Source: Camelus dromedarius (lineage: Eukaryota). From it: a stretch of 64,000 nt of DNA. The notes beneath the pieces are model-generated. The model did not search any database. It saw only the letters and a list, made by a program, of their open reading frames with translations, and had not been told where the DNA came from. The position numbers and the translations under genes are program-made. The DNA lies in the NCBI RefSeq assembly GCF_036321535.1, contig NC_087436.1, forward strand, positions 48,176,001-48,240,000. Reading direction: 5' to 3'. Below are positions 26,109 through 39,078 of this stretch, piece after piece (position 1 is the first letter of the stretch; every line of letters starts with the position of its first letter).

Positions 26109-29100
26109 GATTTAAGAAGATCTGGGTCAGCATCATGACAGTGTGAGTGGTTCCTTTTTTTCCCCCTTTTGACTTACTACTAATTGGACATTAATCACCA
26201 AAGTTTCTTGCACAGCACACCAGAATATTTATCCAAAAGTGGGTGGAATTAGTCCACGGTAGAGGATACAGAGTCAAGGGGGTTGCAGCAGAAGTAGCAG
26301 TGGGGTAGTGGTGGCAGTGACACCAACGCCAGTGGCAGTGGCAAACTCTCTAGGAGAGGTGGCAGAATGTGAAAATCAGCCTGGCCGAGGAGGCTGCAGA
26401 TGGAGGGTCTCATTGCTCTTCACCAACCAGATTTCTGAAGAGAGGTTTTCATGATTAGGGGGCAGGAAATTAAAGAGAAGAAGGCAGAGAGAGAACTGAA
26501 GAAATATGTTTCATGCTATCTGTCCCAGAGTTCAGCAAAAGATCTGCCCACAAACCTCTTGGACTCCCCCACTCCCTCTGGATCTACCCTCTACTGGGCA
26601 AGAGCCCAGGCACTAAGAACACACCTCCCCCAACTCTTGCCATCAGCTATTTTTTTTAACACCAGCTTCTTTTTTTTCTTTTTAAATCGGAGCACCCCCA
26701 ACTTTAGCTTCAAGTCAGTGCCAGTATCAGAAACCAAAAACATGTGCTATAGTGCCACCTTCTGGAAAACAGAAGAAACACTTCTAACTGCCAACCTGCT
26801 GAATTGTTAGAATCAAAGTAAACAAAGCCTTACCTAAATAAAAAAGTTGTCTGCTAACTCAAATGTAGCATCAGAGGCATATTTCATTAAACACTATGAA
26901 AAATCATTATAATATGGTATCACAAAAGCAAAATGACATTTCTCCAGCAACTGAACTAGGACACAGAATACTGCAATCTGATAGCTAATTTAAAATAGTT
27001 ATTACGAAGAAATTCAACAAGAAACATATAAGAAAACTCAAAAAGGCAATTCAGTGAACTCAGGAACAAAAATAAAATTAATAAACAGAAGGAGCACTTT
27101 ACCAAAGAAATGTAAAGTCAAAAAAAGAACCAAACAGAAATTCTGGAGCTGAAGAATTCAATAAATGAGATGAAGAATGCATTAGAAAGCAATGAAAATA
27201 GAGCAGATCAGATGGAAGAGAGAATAAATGACCTGAAAGTTAGGAATTTAAAAATGACTCAAATGGAAGAGAAGAGAGAACTAAGAATTTTAAAACGTAA
27301 AGAAACTCTATGAGAGTTGTATCAACTCCATTAGAAAAGTCAACATATGAATAATGGGTTCACTAGAAGGAGAAGAGAGGAAGAAGGGGACAGAGAGTTT
27401 ATTATATAAAACAATAGCTGAGAACTTCCAAAACCTGGGGAAGAACTGGATAGGCAAATCACAAAGCTAACAGAACACCTTATTGTCCCAATGCAAAAAG
27501 ACCTCCAGGATACATTATAATGAAACTGTCAAAGTCAATGATAAAGAATTTTAAAGACAGTCAGTGAATAAAACAAAGTAACTCACAAAGGAAACTCCAT
27601 TAGGTCATCATCAGATTTCTCAGTAGAAAATCTAAAGGCCAAGAAAGAGTGGACTGACATATTCAAATTATCGAAACATAAAAGTTGCCACCCAAGAATA
27701 CTCTATCTGACAATGTTACCCTTCAGGTACTAAGAGAAAATAAAGGCTTTCCCAGACAAACAGAAGCTAAAGGAGTTCACAACCACTAGACCTGCCTTTT
27801 AAGAAATGTATGCAGGAGCTCTTCAAGCTGAAATGAAGACAAAAGTACACAAAGCTCTGACTAAGGTGATAAATAGGCAGTCAGAATTAGAAAACTGTAA
27901 CTCTATTTTAGAATAGTCTGTAAACAATTATAGCATAAATGTTAAAGGAAGAGAGTATTAAAAATAACTAGTTACTACAATTTGGTAAGAATTGAAAGAA
28001 ATTCAAAGTTTAAAAAGATACAATTTGTGACATCAAAACAGAAAGGGAGCAATAAAAGAATGGAACTTTTATAAGCAAATAAAGATACTGCTATAAGCAG
28101 AAAAGGACTCTTATTATTTATGACATGTTTTATGTAAACCTTATGGTAACCACAAAGCAAAAATCTAGAGCAGAGACACAAAACACACACAAAAGAGTGC
28201 ACAAATTACTATGGAAAACCACCAATTTACAAAGGTAGACAGAAAGAGTAAGAAAAAGAAACAATGGAGATACAAAATAACCAGAAGACAAAAGATAAAG
28301 TGGCAATAGTGTGTTCTTACATATCAATAACCACCGTAAATGTAAAAATGGATTGAACTCACTAATCAAAATACAGTGTTTAAAAAACACTCATTAAAAA
28401 GCCTACAAATGATAAATGCTGGAAGGGGTGTGGAGAAAAAGGCACCCTCCTACACTGTTGGTGAGAACATAATTATGTAAGTTTAAAAAGCTAAAGCTCT
28501 AAACTTCTTAGAAACAATAAACAATACATATATGTAAATTTTAAAAATATGTGCAGTATATTGTATCTATGTATTTACATTCAATATATCATATATGTGC
28601 AGTCAAATTGTATCAATTTTACCTAATAAAACTGAAAAATGAAAAAAAAATTGTAATACAAAAGGAAAAAACCCAGAGTAGCTGGATGCGTAAAAAACAA
28701 GACTCAGCTATATGTTACCTATAGGAGACTCACTTAAGCTCTAAAGACACATACAGACTTAAGTGAAGGACTGAAGATGACATTCCAAGCAAGAAGAAAC
28801 CAAAAGAAAGTGGGCACAGCTATACTTTTATCAGACATAATAGACTTCAAGCCAAAAATAGTAGCAAGAGACAAATAAGGTTATTATATAATTTAAAAAA
28901 GGGGTCAATACATCAAGAAGATATAACAATTATAAATATATTTGCTCCCAACACTGAGTACCAAAAAAATTAGGCAAATACTAACAGATCCTATGGAAGA
29001 AATAGACAATATACTTATAGTAGGAGATTTGAGTACCCCACTATCAAAAGGATAGACTGTCCAGACAGAAAATCAACAATTAACATTGGAGTTGAACCAT

Positions 29101-32100
29101 ACTTTAAAACAAATGAATTTAGCAGACATATAAAGAACATTTCGTCCAACAGTAGCACAATACACATTCTGCTCAGGTACATATGGAACATTCTCCAGGA
29201 TAGGTCATATAACAGGACACAAAATAAATCTGAACAAATTTAAGAAGATTGAAATGATAGCAACTATCTCTTATGACTACAAAGGTATGAAACTAGGAAT
29301 CAAAAACAGGAAAATGATATGATGTACAAGTATATAGAAACTGAACAACATACTTCTAAACAACCAACTTGTCAAAGAAGAAATCAAAAGTGAAATTAAA
29401 AATTATCTCAAAACAAATGAAAACAGAAATACAACATATCAAATCTTGTAGGATGCAGAAAAAGCAGTCTTGAGAAGAAAGTTTACAGCAATAAATGCAT
29501 ATATTAAGAAATTAGAAAGATCTCAAATAAAATACTTAACTTTACCTTAAGGACCTAGACAAAGAAGATCAAAGTAGGCCCAAAGCGAGCAGAAGGAAGG
29601 AAATAATAAGGAGCAGAGTGGAAATAAATGAAAGAAACCAGAAAAACAATAGAAATGATCTGAAAAACTAAGAGCTGGTTTTTTGAAAAGATAAACAAAA
29701 TTGACAACTTTTACCTATATTAAGTAAGAAAAAGGAGAGAAGACTCAAATAAAATTAGAAATTGAAGAGGGACCATTACAACTAATACTACTCATAAATA
29801 CAAAGGCTCATAAGAGACTGCTATGAACAATTACATAACCCAAAAGAAATGGATACATTTCTAGAAACACACAACCTACCAAGACTGAAAGGAAGAAACA
29901 GAAAATCTAAACAGACCAATAACAAGCAAAGAAATTGAATCAATAATAAAACATGGAAAACTCCAGTATCAGACAGTTTCACTGGTGAATTCTACCAAAC
30001 ATTTAAAGAATTGGCACCAATCCTCCTCAAACACTTCCAAAATATCAAGGGAGAAAGAATACTTCCAAGTTCATTCTATGAAGCCAGCATTACCTTGACA
30101 CCAAAACCAGATAAGGGTATACCACAAGAAGAAAAAGCTATAGATCAATATCTTGGAGGAACATAGATGTAAAAATTCTCAATGAAATATTAGCAAACTG
30201 AATTCAAGAACACAGCAAAAGGATAATGTACCATGATCAGTGGGATTCATCCCTTGAATGCAATGATGGTTCAACGTACAGTCAATTAATGCAATGTATC
30301 ACATCAATAAAATTGAAAAATCACATGAACATTACAATAAACACAAAATAAGCATTTGATAAAATACAATACACTTTCATGATAAAAACCCTTAACAGAT
30401 TGGGTACAGAAGGAACATACCTCAAAAAATAGAAGTCATATTTGACAAACCCATAGCTAACATTATACTCAATGGAGAAAAATTGAAAGCTTTTCCTCTA
30501 AGATCAAGAGCAAGACAAGGATGCCCATTCTCACCACTCTGACTCAATACAAGCCCTAGCCAGAGCAATTAGACAAGACAAAGAAATAAAAGGCATCTAA
30601 ATTTAAAAGGAAGAAACAAAACTACTGCTTTTTTGCTGATGATATGAATTTATATATAGAAAATGCCAAAGAGTCAACAAAAAACCTGTTAGAATTAATC
30701 AACAGTTTTAGTAAAGTTGCAGGGTACAAAAGCAACATACAGAAATCAGTTGCATTCTTTTATACTAATAATGAAATATCTGAAAAAGAAGTAAAACTAT
30801 TCCATTCACAACAGTATCATAAAACAATAAAATACTTAGAATTAAATTTAACCAAGGAAGTGAAAGATCTGTACAATTAAAGCTATAAAACTTTGCTGAA
30901 AGAAATCAAAACAAGACACAAATTTTTAAAATCTTATGTTTATGGATCAGAACAAATATTCTTAAAATGTCCATACTGCTCAAAGCCATCTACAGATCCA
31001 ATACAATTTTCATCAAAATATCAGTAATTTTTCACAGAAATAGAAGAAAGAATCCTCAGATTTATGTGGAACCACAAAAGACCTCAAACAGCCAAAGCAA
31101 TGCTGAGAAAAAAAGAACAAAGCTGGAGGTACCATGCTTCCTGATTTCAAACTATACAACAAAGCCACAGTAATAAGAATTTTATGGCACTGGCACAAAA
31201 ACAGACACATAAACCAATGGAACAGAACAGAGAGCCCACAATTAAACCCAGACATATACAACCAACAAATATTCAACAAGGAAGCCAAGAACATTCAATG
31301 AGGAAGCATAGTCTCCTAACAAATAATGCTGGGGAAACTGGAGAAATGCATGCAGAACAATAAATAAATAAATCCCTATCTCACACTACTCACACTTGTC
31401 GACTTGAAATGGATCAAATACTTAGACATAAAACTGATGCCACAAAACTCCTAGAAGAAAATATAGGGAAGAATCTCCTTTACATTGATCTTGCCGATGA
31501 TTTTTTGGACATGATGCCAAAACCACCAACAACAAAAGCAAGAATCAACAAATGGGAGTACATCAAACTCAAAAGCTTCACATAGTGAAAGAAACAATTA
31601 ACAAAATGAAAAGACAACCTACAGAATGGTAGAAAATTTATGCGAACTATAAATCAGATAAAGGGTTAATATCTAAACTATATAAAGAACTTATACAAGT
31701 TAATAACAAACATCCAATTAAAAGTGAGCAAAAGAACTAAACAGATATTTTCTAAAGAGGATATCAAAATGGACAACAAGCACATAAAAAGATGCTCAAC
31801 ATCACTAATCATTATGGGAATGCAAATCAAAACCACAATGAGGTATCACCTCACACCTGTTGGAATGGTTAGCATCAAGAAGAGACAGCAGGTACTGGCC
31901 TGACTGTGGTGAAAAGGGAACCCTTATAACTGTTGGTGGGAATGTAAATTGTTCAAACCACTGTGGAAGACAATATGGAGGTTCCTCAAAAATTTAAAAA
32001 TACACCTACCATATGATCCAGCAATTACACTTCTGGGTATATGCCCAGAGGAAATGAAAACAGAATTTTGAAGAGCTATATGCACTCTCATTTTTTACTG

Positions 32101-32609
32101 AAATATTATTCACAATAGCCAAGAGATGGAAACAACCTAAATGCCATTAATATATGAATGGATACAAAAAGATGTGGTATATATACACAATGGAGTATTA
32201 TTCATGTGTGAGAAAGAAGGATATCCTGCCATCTGTGACAACATGGATGGACCTTGAGCATATTATGCTAAATGAGATAATTTAGAGAAAGACAAGTGCT
32301 ATATGACATCACTTAGATGTTCAATCTAAAAAAGTCAAATTCATAAAAAATAGAGAGCAAACTGGTGGTTACTAGGGGATTGGGGATGTAACACTGATGT
32401 TGTTAAAGGGTAAAAACTTGCAATGAGTAGTAAGTAAGTCATAGAGACTTAATTCATAGTATAATGAATGTAGACAACAATGTTGTAGTATAATTATGTA
32501 ATGAGATAACCACCACAACAGCAATCATATTACAATATATAAATGTATCGAAGTAACACACTGTACACTTTAAATTTACACAATGTTGTATGTCAAATAT
32601 ATTCATTAT
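26109..32609 (+). mobile_element. Near-full-length dead L1 (5' UTR ~26.1-26.9 kb, ORF1 ~26.9-27.86 kb, long inter-ORF, ORF2 ~28.3-32.27 kb, 3' UTR)
   Basis: Collinear L1 motifs: ORF1 gaaattctggagctgaagaattcaataaatgagatg; EN atagtaggagattt; RT ttttgctgatgatatg (FADDM); C-terminal ccacaatgaggtatcacctcacacc; candidate TSD AAAAATGAT at 26100-26108 and 32610-32618 with TT/AAAA nick site. Confidence 0.95.
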
Positions 32610-33229
32610 AAAAATGATCTGATATGAAGTCAAGCAAAATAAATTAAAAATAATAAGGTTATTTTAAACATGGACTTGTAACCACCATTATTAGTGGCTA
32701 ATCTTGTTCTGAATTTAGTTTGCTTTGCAATATTACCTGATGAGAATGGTGAACCATTTAGAAATATTTTACACTGAATCTGTATCCCCTCATTTTTCCA
32801 TTTGGAAGTTATCTTTTATCACTCTGATAAATAGGATTGTGCAATCAGAAAAACAGGGAGCCTTTGAAAGGCTTTTATCAGTACAATAGCATGGCCATAT
32901 TTTCTCTTTGAAAGCTAAGAATAGGATAAAATACAGGCAAAAAGTTGAGTTTAGAAGATGATATAGTAACTCAGCCAAGAGATAATTAGGACCTAAAATA
33001 AGGAAGAGTAAGGAGAGAGGGGAGTAGGCTGTCTTGTGAGCAATTTGGAATATAGATTTAAGAAATGTGACTGATGGACATGAGGCAGCTGCAATGCTGA
33101 GACTAAGGTGGAACCAAGGAGAACTGCCAATTCCCTAGATTTGGTGAAAAAATGTGGTGTACATCCCGATGTACTTTAGGGAAATGTGAAAAACTCCTCA
33201 AACTCGTTCATGAAGAGTTCAGAACATAC

Positions 33230-33389
33230 TTTTCTAATTGAAGTACAATTGACAGATAACATCATATTAGTTTCAGGTGTGCAGCATGATTTGGTATTTG
33301 TATATATTGCAAAATGATCACAAGTCTAGTTAACATCCGTCATTACGTAAGTGACAAATTCCTTTTTCTTGTGATGAGAACTTTTAAGA
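33230..33389 (-). mobile_element. Short L1 3' end, reverse orientation, with TSD
   Basis: ttttctaattgaagtacaattgac...tattagtttcaggtgtgcagcat...gtgatgagaacttttaagat; TTCAGAACA repeated at 33218-33226 and 33390-33398. Confidence 0.85.
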
Positions 33390-34939
33390 TTCAGAACACA
33401 TTCTATACATTGCTAATCTTACTGGTTCATATAGAGCTATTAAGTATAATTATAAAGAGATCATCTCTAACTTACAAATCATTTAACATACATTTATTGA
33501 ATATCTCTGTTCTTCAGCTCAGTATTGAAATTTGAGAAACATGTTCCACTGGGGTTATTTTCCTTAAATAATAATGGATATGCATATTGCAACACTACTT
33601 TTTATACATTTTTTGTATATGTGTCCATATTTTTCACTTATCAGTCATTCCTTTCTAAGCCAAAATAAAGACATAACAAAGAATAATTATGAAAAAAAGA
33701 TTTTTAACCAGAAAACTTTTGGTCATAAAATTTTCTATACAATATCTTTACTGTTTTCCTCACATTTTGCCATGCTGCCATTCTCCTTTTGCAAGCACTT
33801 TTTTCTGTCTGTTCTCAGAGCCCCTCTCTGAGAGTGGAAAAAGCTACAATTATTAATGATACAATGATAAGTTGAAATAAGTGAAAGATTACTCTACTAT
33901 TGCCAATGAAAATCACAGCCTAAAAATATATAATTACAAGGCTGAATGAGAAAACAGAGGGTAGGTAACAGAAAAAGAAGGTAAATAGGGCAAAGGAAAA
34001 AGAGAGGTGGCATATGCCACAGAGAATAAAGACATGGGTCTTCCCGAACTCTGGCAGTAACCTCAGTAAAGCTGTTACAGTTCTTGTCTGAAATTATATA
34101 TTATCCTGGTTGGTGGAAGTAAGTTATTATGCATGCTTCATATTAAAACAAAAAGAAAACAAAAGATTTTAATTATTTTTGAAGAATACCTGGAGCATAT
34201 CTTTTGGAAACTTGTGGACCATAGATACCTAGCCTACAAGTATTTAACAAAGCAAAGAACACTGGGAAAGTTTTCTTTCCTTCTTGACTTCTAATTGTTT
34301 CAGAAATCCTGACACAAGTAATTAGGCAAAAATAAAATGCAAAAGGAATTTCTACCGGCATTTGGCAATATAAATATTGTGTGTACAGGAATGATGTTTT
34401 GTTAACATCCTGCAATCCTCTGTTTTCAATTTCCTCCATTCTTTTATGTAATAAAGTTTTAGTTATGCCTCCGGATACAGGGTAAATTAGGCAAAGTTTA
34501 AAGCCCTGTCTTCCTAATTACTCTCTTGTAAAATATCCTAAAAGTCCATTTAATTGGTTCCTTCAGGAGTTTAAATAGAAGGGCACTAAGAAATTTAAAC
34601 GTGACGAAATGTTTGACATGAGACTCAGAAATAGTGAAATTATGCCATACCTGTCTGGTCTTACTTAAGAGTATTCATTCTCTGATCTATAGGAGCAAGA
34701 ATTTAGTTTTCTAGTTCTTTCTTGATTCATATTACTACTGACTAAAAAAGGGGAGGACTTTTTTCTACTCTAGAAAAGACTAGTCTACCATCAATGAAAT
34801 AACAGTAACTTTACAAATTCTTCTTAAATTCTTTTCTCATTTTCAGTCTTCTTTAAACTTCATGATAATGTCATCCCGTATCCCTATTTTTATTACATAT
34901 TATAGCCAATTGAAATATCACTTTTAAAAGATTTACAGA

Positions 34940-35148
34940 CTGCATAAATAAAATATGATCACACACACACTGGCTAAGAAGTATTATTAAGCCTTGAAAA
35001 GGAAGGAAGTTCTGACATGCTATAACATGGATGAACCTGGAAGACATGACGTACAGACTGAAGACACGCTAAGTGGAATAAACCAGTCACAAAAATACAG
35101 ACGCTACATGATTTCACTTAAATTAGGTACCTCGAGTAGTCAAGTCAT
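34940..35148 (+). mobile_element. L1MB-like ORF2 end/3' UTR fragment
   Basis: gccttgaaaaggaaggaagttctgacatgctataacatggatgaacctggaagacat...aggtacctcgagtagtcaa. Confidence 0.8.
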
Positions 35149-35149
35149 A

Positions 35150-35545
35150 TTAGCAGCAGCTGGCCGACACTCCAAGCGACGCATCCTCCCCAGGGCGCAG
35201 GTGGGTTCTGCGGGCTGAACGGGCGGGCCGCCTCTCTCTGTGCAGATTCAGCCACAATGTGGCAACTGCTTTTAAAAGGAAAATGGTGGTTTCTGCGCGT
35301 GAACCGTCTCCTAAATCGGAGTTGCTGCACAAGGAAACCCTACACATTCTGCATACTCTTGCTGGGACCCTCTTCACGCGGCAGCTCCGGTTGATGCAGA
35401 CGCCGGCACAGCGGCTGCCTCCCTTCTCTCCAAGCTCCTCCTGCTGCGCGCGCAGCCTGCTTGGATTAAAAACTAAGGACGTCATCAAGAGGCGCCACAA
35501 GGACTATTGACGTAGAGAAGAGGCGCCAAAGCTGGTTAATCTGTT
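35150..35545. promoter_or_regulatory. Small CpG island; putative promoter/first exon of an unidentified transcript
   Basis: Local GC and CpG enrichment in very AT-rich DNA, no recognisable repeat; CRE-like GACGTCA (35478-35484) and TGACGTA (35508-35514), two AAGAGGCGCCA, GC box GGGCGGG near 35221. Confidence 0.65.
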
Positions 35546-35749
35546 GCAAATTGTTTTGCTCTTAATACACATCACCTGAGACCCTGGGGAAGGCAGAAGC
35601 TGAGTTTAAGTCAAGGAGGAATTTTCTGTTTTGATTAACAGTTATGCGTTATTTGAATCTCTCAGAATATATTCTTGTTTACTTTATACATTTTTTTTAA
35701 AAATGGACAACACAAAATTGGAGTAGGATCAAGAAAACATGTAAATCTT

Positions 35750-35903
35750 TTTAAAATTATTTCTAATTATGGTGAAATTTTAATAATATAAATTTACCAT
35801 TTTAACTATTTTTAAGTGTACAGTGGCATTAAGTACATTCACATTGTGTGTTACCAATCAAAACTATTCATCTCCTGAACTCTTTTTTCACCTTGCAAAA
35901 CTG
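35750..35903 (-). mobile_element. L1MA/MB-like 3' end, reverse orientation
   Basis: aaatttaccattttaactatttttaagtgtacagtggcattaagtacattcacattgtgtg...gaactctttttcaccttgcaaaactg. Confidence 0.85.
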
Positions 35904-36534
35904 GTTATGTATTTCCCAAAGGCCAGTTTGTTTGGAAGAGCAGAAGCATTACTAAGCCCAGGTCTGTTGGAGTCTCAAGACCAAAACACTCAGACTATAA
36001 TGCTCTAAACTGCAACAGCTTCACAACCTTCAGGGAATTCTTTTTCAAAGCTTTTGGCTCTTAGATCTTGAACTACCAGGTTTTGATTTGTTTGTCTTTC
36101 TAAATTCTTTTGAAAGAAAGAGATGAGAGAAAACGAAAGATTACAGAAAAAGGTATCTCCTGACTCTCCTATTCCCTTCCCTGCAAATGGGAAGGAAAAG
36201 ATCATCTACAAAAACTTCTCCCTGCAATGACTGAAAATGACCTGAGCCCCAGATGCCATTTATGATGGTCATTTCTGCTATCTTTCAACTGCTCTAGGAA
36301 GGGAAGCAGATCTTTCTTTTGGGGCAAGATTATTTTTACTGTAAATCTTGTCATGTAAGTTACAATTCAATAGTGGTAAGTCAGTAACAGGAACACAGAA
36401 GAACAAAAATTCTGACGCCAAAACACTGTAACCCTGTTATTCATCTTAGTAATAAAGGCTTTCTTTCCAGAAATTGTCTTCTTGGTTACAGGTATAGACA
36501 TTCAACTGTATCTTCTTTACAGAAGAATCTTATC

Positions 36535-36940
36535 AAATCTCTTCCTGGTTGCTCAAGCCAAGTACCAGGAGTCTTCCTTGACTCTCCTTCACTGGCATCC
36601 CTCCAACCAAAAAAATAAATAAACAAATTACAAGTCTGTGGCCATTGTCACAATATTAGTCCAAGTCAATTTATCTATTGCTTAAATGTCTGCAGCAGCA
36701 TCATAGCTGGTCTCCCTGCATATAGTTCCATTGACCCTACCTCCAGGACATTAAAAATGTTCCCTTTCTTACATACTCCCTTTTGCAGATAAAGTGACTT
36801 TTTAAAATGCAAATTTAATCATGTCATGCTTCTGCTTAAAACCCTCCAACAGATGCCAATTACCCTCAGATGAAGCCCAAATTCCTTAATACAAACCAAG
36901 ACTCTCCTCAATCAAGTCTCTTTACATCTTTTAAGCCCCA
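36535..36940 (+). mobile_element. L2 fragment
   Basis: gttgctcaagccaa...ggagtcttccttgactc; tggtctccctgc; atcatgtcatgcttctgcttaaaaccctccaa. Confidence 0.7.
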
Positions 36941-36944
36941 TTTT

Positions 36945-37318
36945 GTAACAGGGAAGTTTACTATTTCTACTAGAGAAATGGAGGAGAATTAAGATTGGGC
37001 AGAGGGTAAGTTGAACTATGATGCAGGGCTAACAAAGCCTCCATCACTCTGGGATAGAGGGTCAGGGAACAACTGTTGTCCATTAGCACTATCCTTCATC
37101 AAGCTAAAATGGGAAAAGCCGTATAAATTCACGTCAATCTGTCATTGGATGTAAGCTGCTCCAGGAAGGGAATGACCTTGAGTGAAATAATGCTATGCAG
37201 CTGAGTCAGTCCCTGGGGCACTGGCACCTGCAGGCTGTCTGCTAACCTCACTCCCCACATTTGTCAACAACACTTTACTTAGAGGAAGAACTAGGTGGTG
37301 CAGGCCCTTCTCTACCAC
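36945..37318 (-). mobile_element. LTR16-like ERVL LTR
   Basis: gattgggcagagggtaagttgaactatgatgcagg...tcattggatgtaagctgc...tgaccttgagtga...ctgtctgctaac...ctaccaca. Confidence 0.7.
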
Positions 37319-38940
37319 AGCTCATACCTCCACCATTCAGATATAATCCTCCATATACATAGAGGGGGCAGCTCCTTCAAGATTTTAGTGGTCCTCTCTT
37401 CCAGAGAGAAAACTTAGAGAGCGTCTGGTGGGTCTTTGCTTCTACAGCTGTCTCAGATCCATAATTGATATTCATAACCTCTCTCCATGATACAGTCTAG
37501 ATTTCATTCACACTTAGCTTCCACCTCTCTGGCCTTGGTGCTTTACCTGGTGCCATAACCCGAATCCTCATGCTCGAGCACCCTGGTTCCCTAGTCACCA
37601 TGCATTCCTCAGGCTGGGGGTGCAGTATCTATCCATTTTCAGTAACATCTGGGAAAGGGAGTATCAAGAGGCAGCCATGTGGATCACCTAGGCTCCACAC
37701 ATATTCCTCCCTGTCTCATTGCATAGTAGCAGGTCCATCTCTTCCTCATAATTAGAGTCCATGACCCGTACCAAGATGTTGACACCTTCCTGCATAATGG
37801 TCCTAGGAGACAAGGAGCCCAAAATGTGTAGTTTGAAATTTAATGGTACCTTTACTGTGTCACCTTCTAAAAGTGCGCCCTTTTGGAAATCTAGGACCTC
37901 TTAATCCCTCAGAGCCCATAGTTGCAAGAATATGAATCACAAAGTTCCCCAGTGGGTTATTGGAAGTAATGATCCAGCCCTTCTTCCAACCCTTGTTTCC
38001 CTTTCCTACTAGGAGCATAATGCCATAAAAGATCTTTGATTCAATGCATATACTGTGTCATCCACACAGAGTATCACCTCCAAAGCTGGCATTTCAGCTA
38101 TGTCTTCAGCAGACAGTTCTAATGCTCTCTCTGGCTATCAGCTTGTAGGTAGTGCAATGTGTGATATGATCAGTTGCTCTCATAGTCATGAGTCCATTCC
38201 CACACCATTTTTGATAGAAAATATGCCCCTTATTCTGATGCAATGCTATGTGGGATCTTACACCAGTGGTCCAAACACTTAAATCTTCAGAGAGTCGTAC
38301 TGGCTAAGGCCCTGTGGACAGAAAAACCAAACCCCTACCTGAAATATATGTATATACTTGTGAGAATGAACCACTGGCCTTCCAGGGTGGAGAGGGCCCA
38401 ATAATACAGTTGGCTTGCCAACAAGAAGAGAATTTATCTCCTTGAGAATTGATGCCATTTCGGAACTCAGTACTTGTCTCATTGCTGTCAGATTAGAAAC
38501 ATTCTGCAGTGACAGTGGCTAGAAGAGCTTTGGGAAGTGGGAATCCATGACACTGAGCCCATGTGTGACCTACATTTCTGTCACTGGCCCATCCTGCCAG
38601 CACAGAGCAAACAATGGTAGAGGCTGGCTAACATTAAAACTGGTTGGGTCATATTGTCCGCTTGGATGCTTAGTTCCTCATCTGTACTGAACGCTCTCTG
38701 GTAAATATGAACTACTGAATGAAAGAACTTTCCACTTTGTGCCCATTCCTATGTTAATTCACAGGCTTCTCTTCCAGACCACCTGCCTGCAACCTTTCAA
38801 TCTTTTTCCTTACAAGCTCCTGCTAGGCCATTTGTCTCTGCCTATAATTCCCATATATTCTAACCAGGTGCACTTCCCAACACTCTGCATTTTGGGAAAA
38901 TTTTTTATCACTACTGTTTCTCAAGGCCACCCCTGAGTGA
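37319..38940 (-). mobile_element. ERVL (HERV16/ERV3-16A3-like) internal pol/integrase remnant
   Basis: Minus strand near 38230-38260 reads ATC CCA CAT AGC ATT GCA TCA GAA (IPHSIASE, cf. ERVL integrase IPHSIASDQG); contiguous with the LTR16-like LTR. Confidence 0.7.
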
Positions 38941-39052
38941 GGCTGCCATGCATTTTTGACACATATCTATATTCATTCACACTCATTCATACAACTTTTA
39001 TTGAACACCTATTCTGTGTCCCAATTACTTTGCTAGGGTTTAGGAATCAAAG

Positions 39053-39078
39053 AACAACAACAACAACAACAACAACAA
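39053..39078 (+). repeat. (CAA)n microsatellite
   Basis: aacaacaacaacaacaacaacaacaa. Confidence 0.95.

Noticed and set aside
35145..35510. 83-116-aa ORFs over the CpG island
   Set aside because: Mostly non-ATG starts, no recognisable protein, explained by local GC richness
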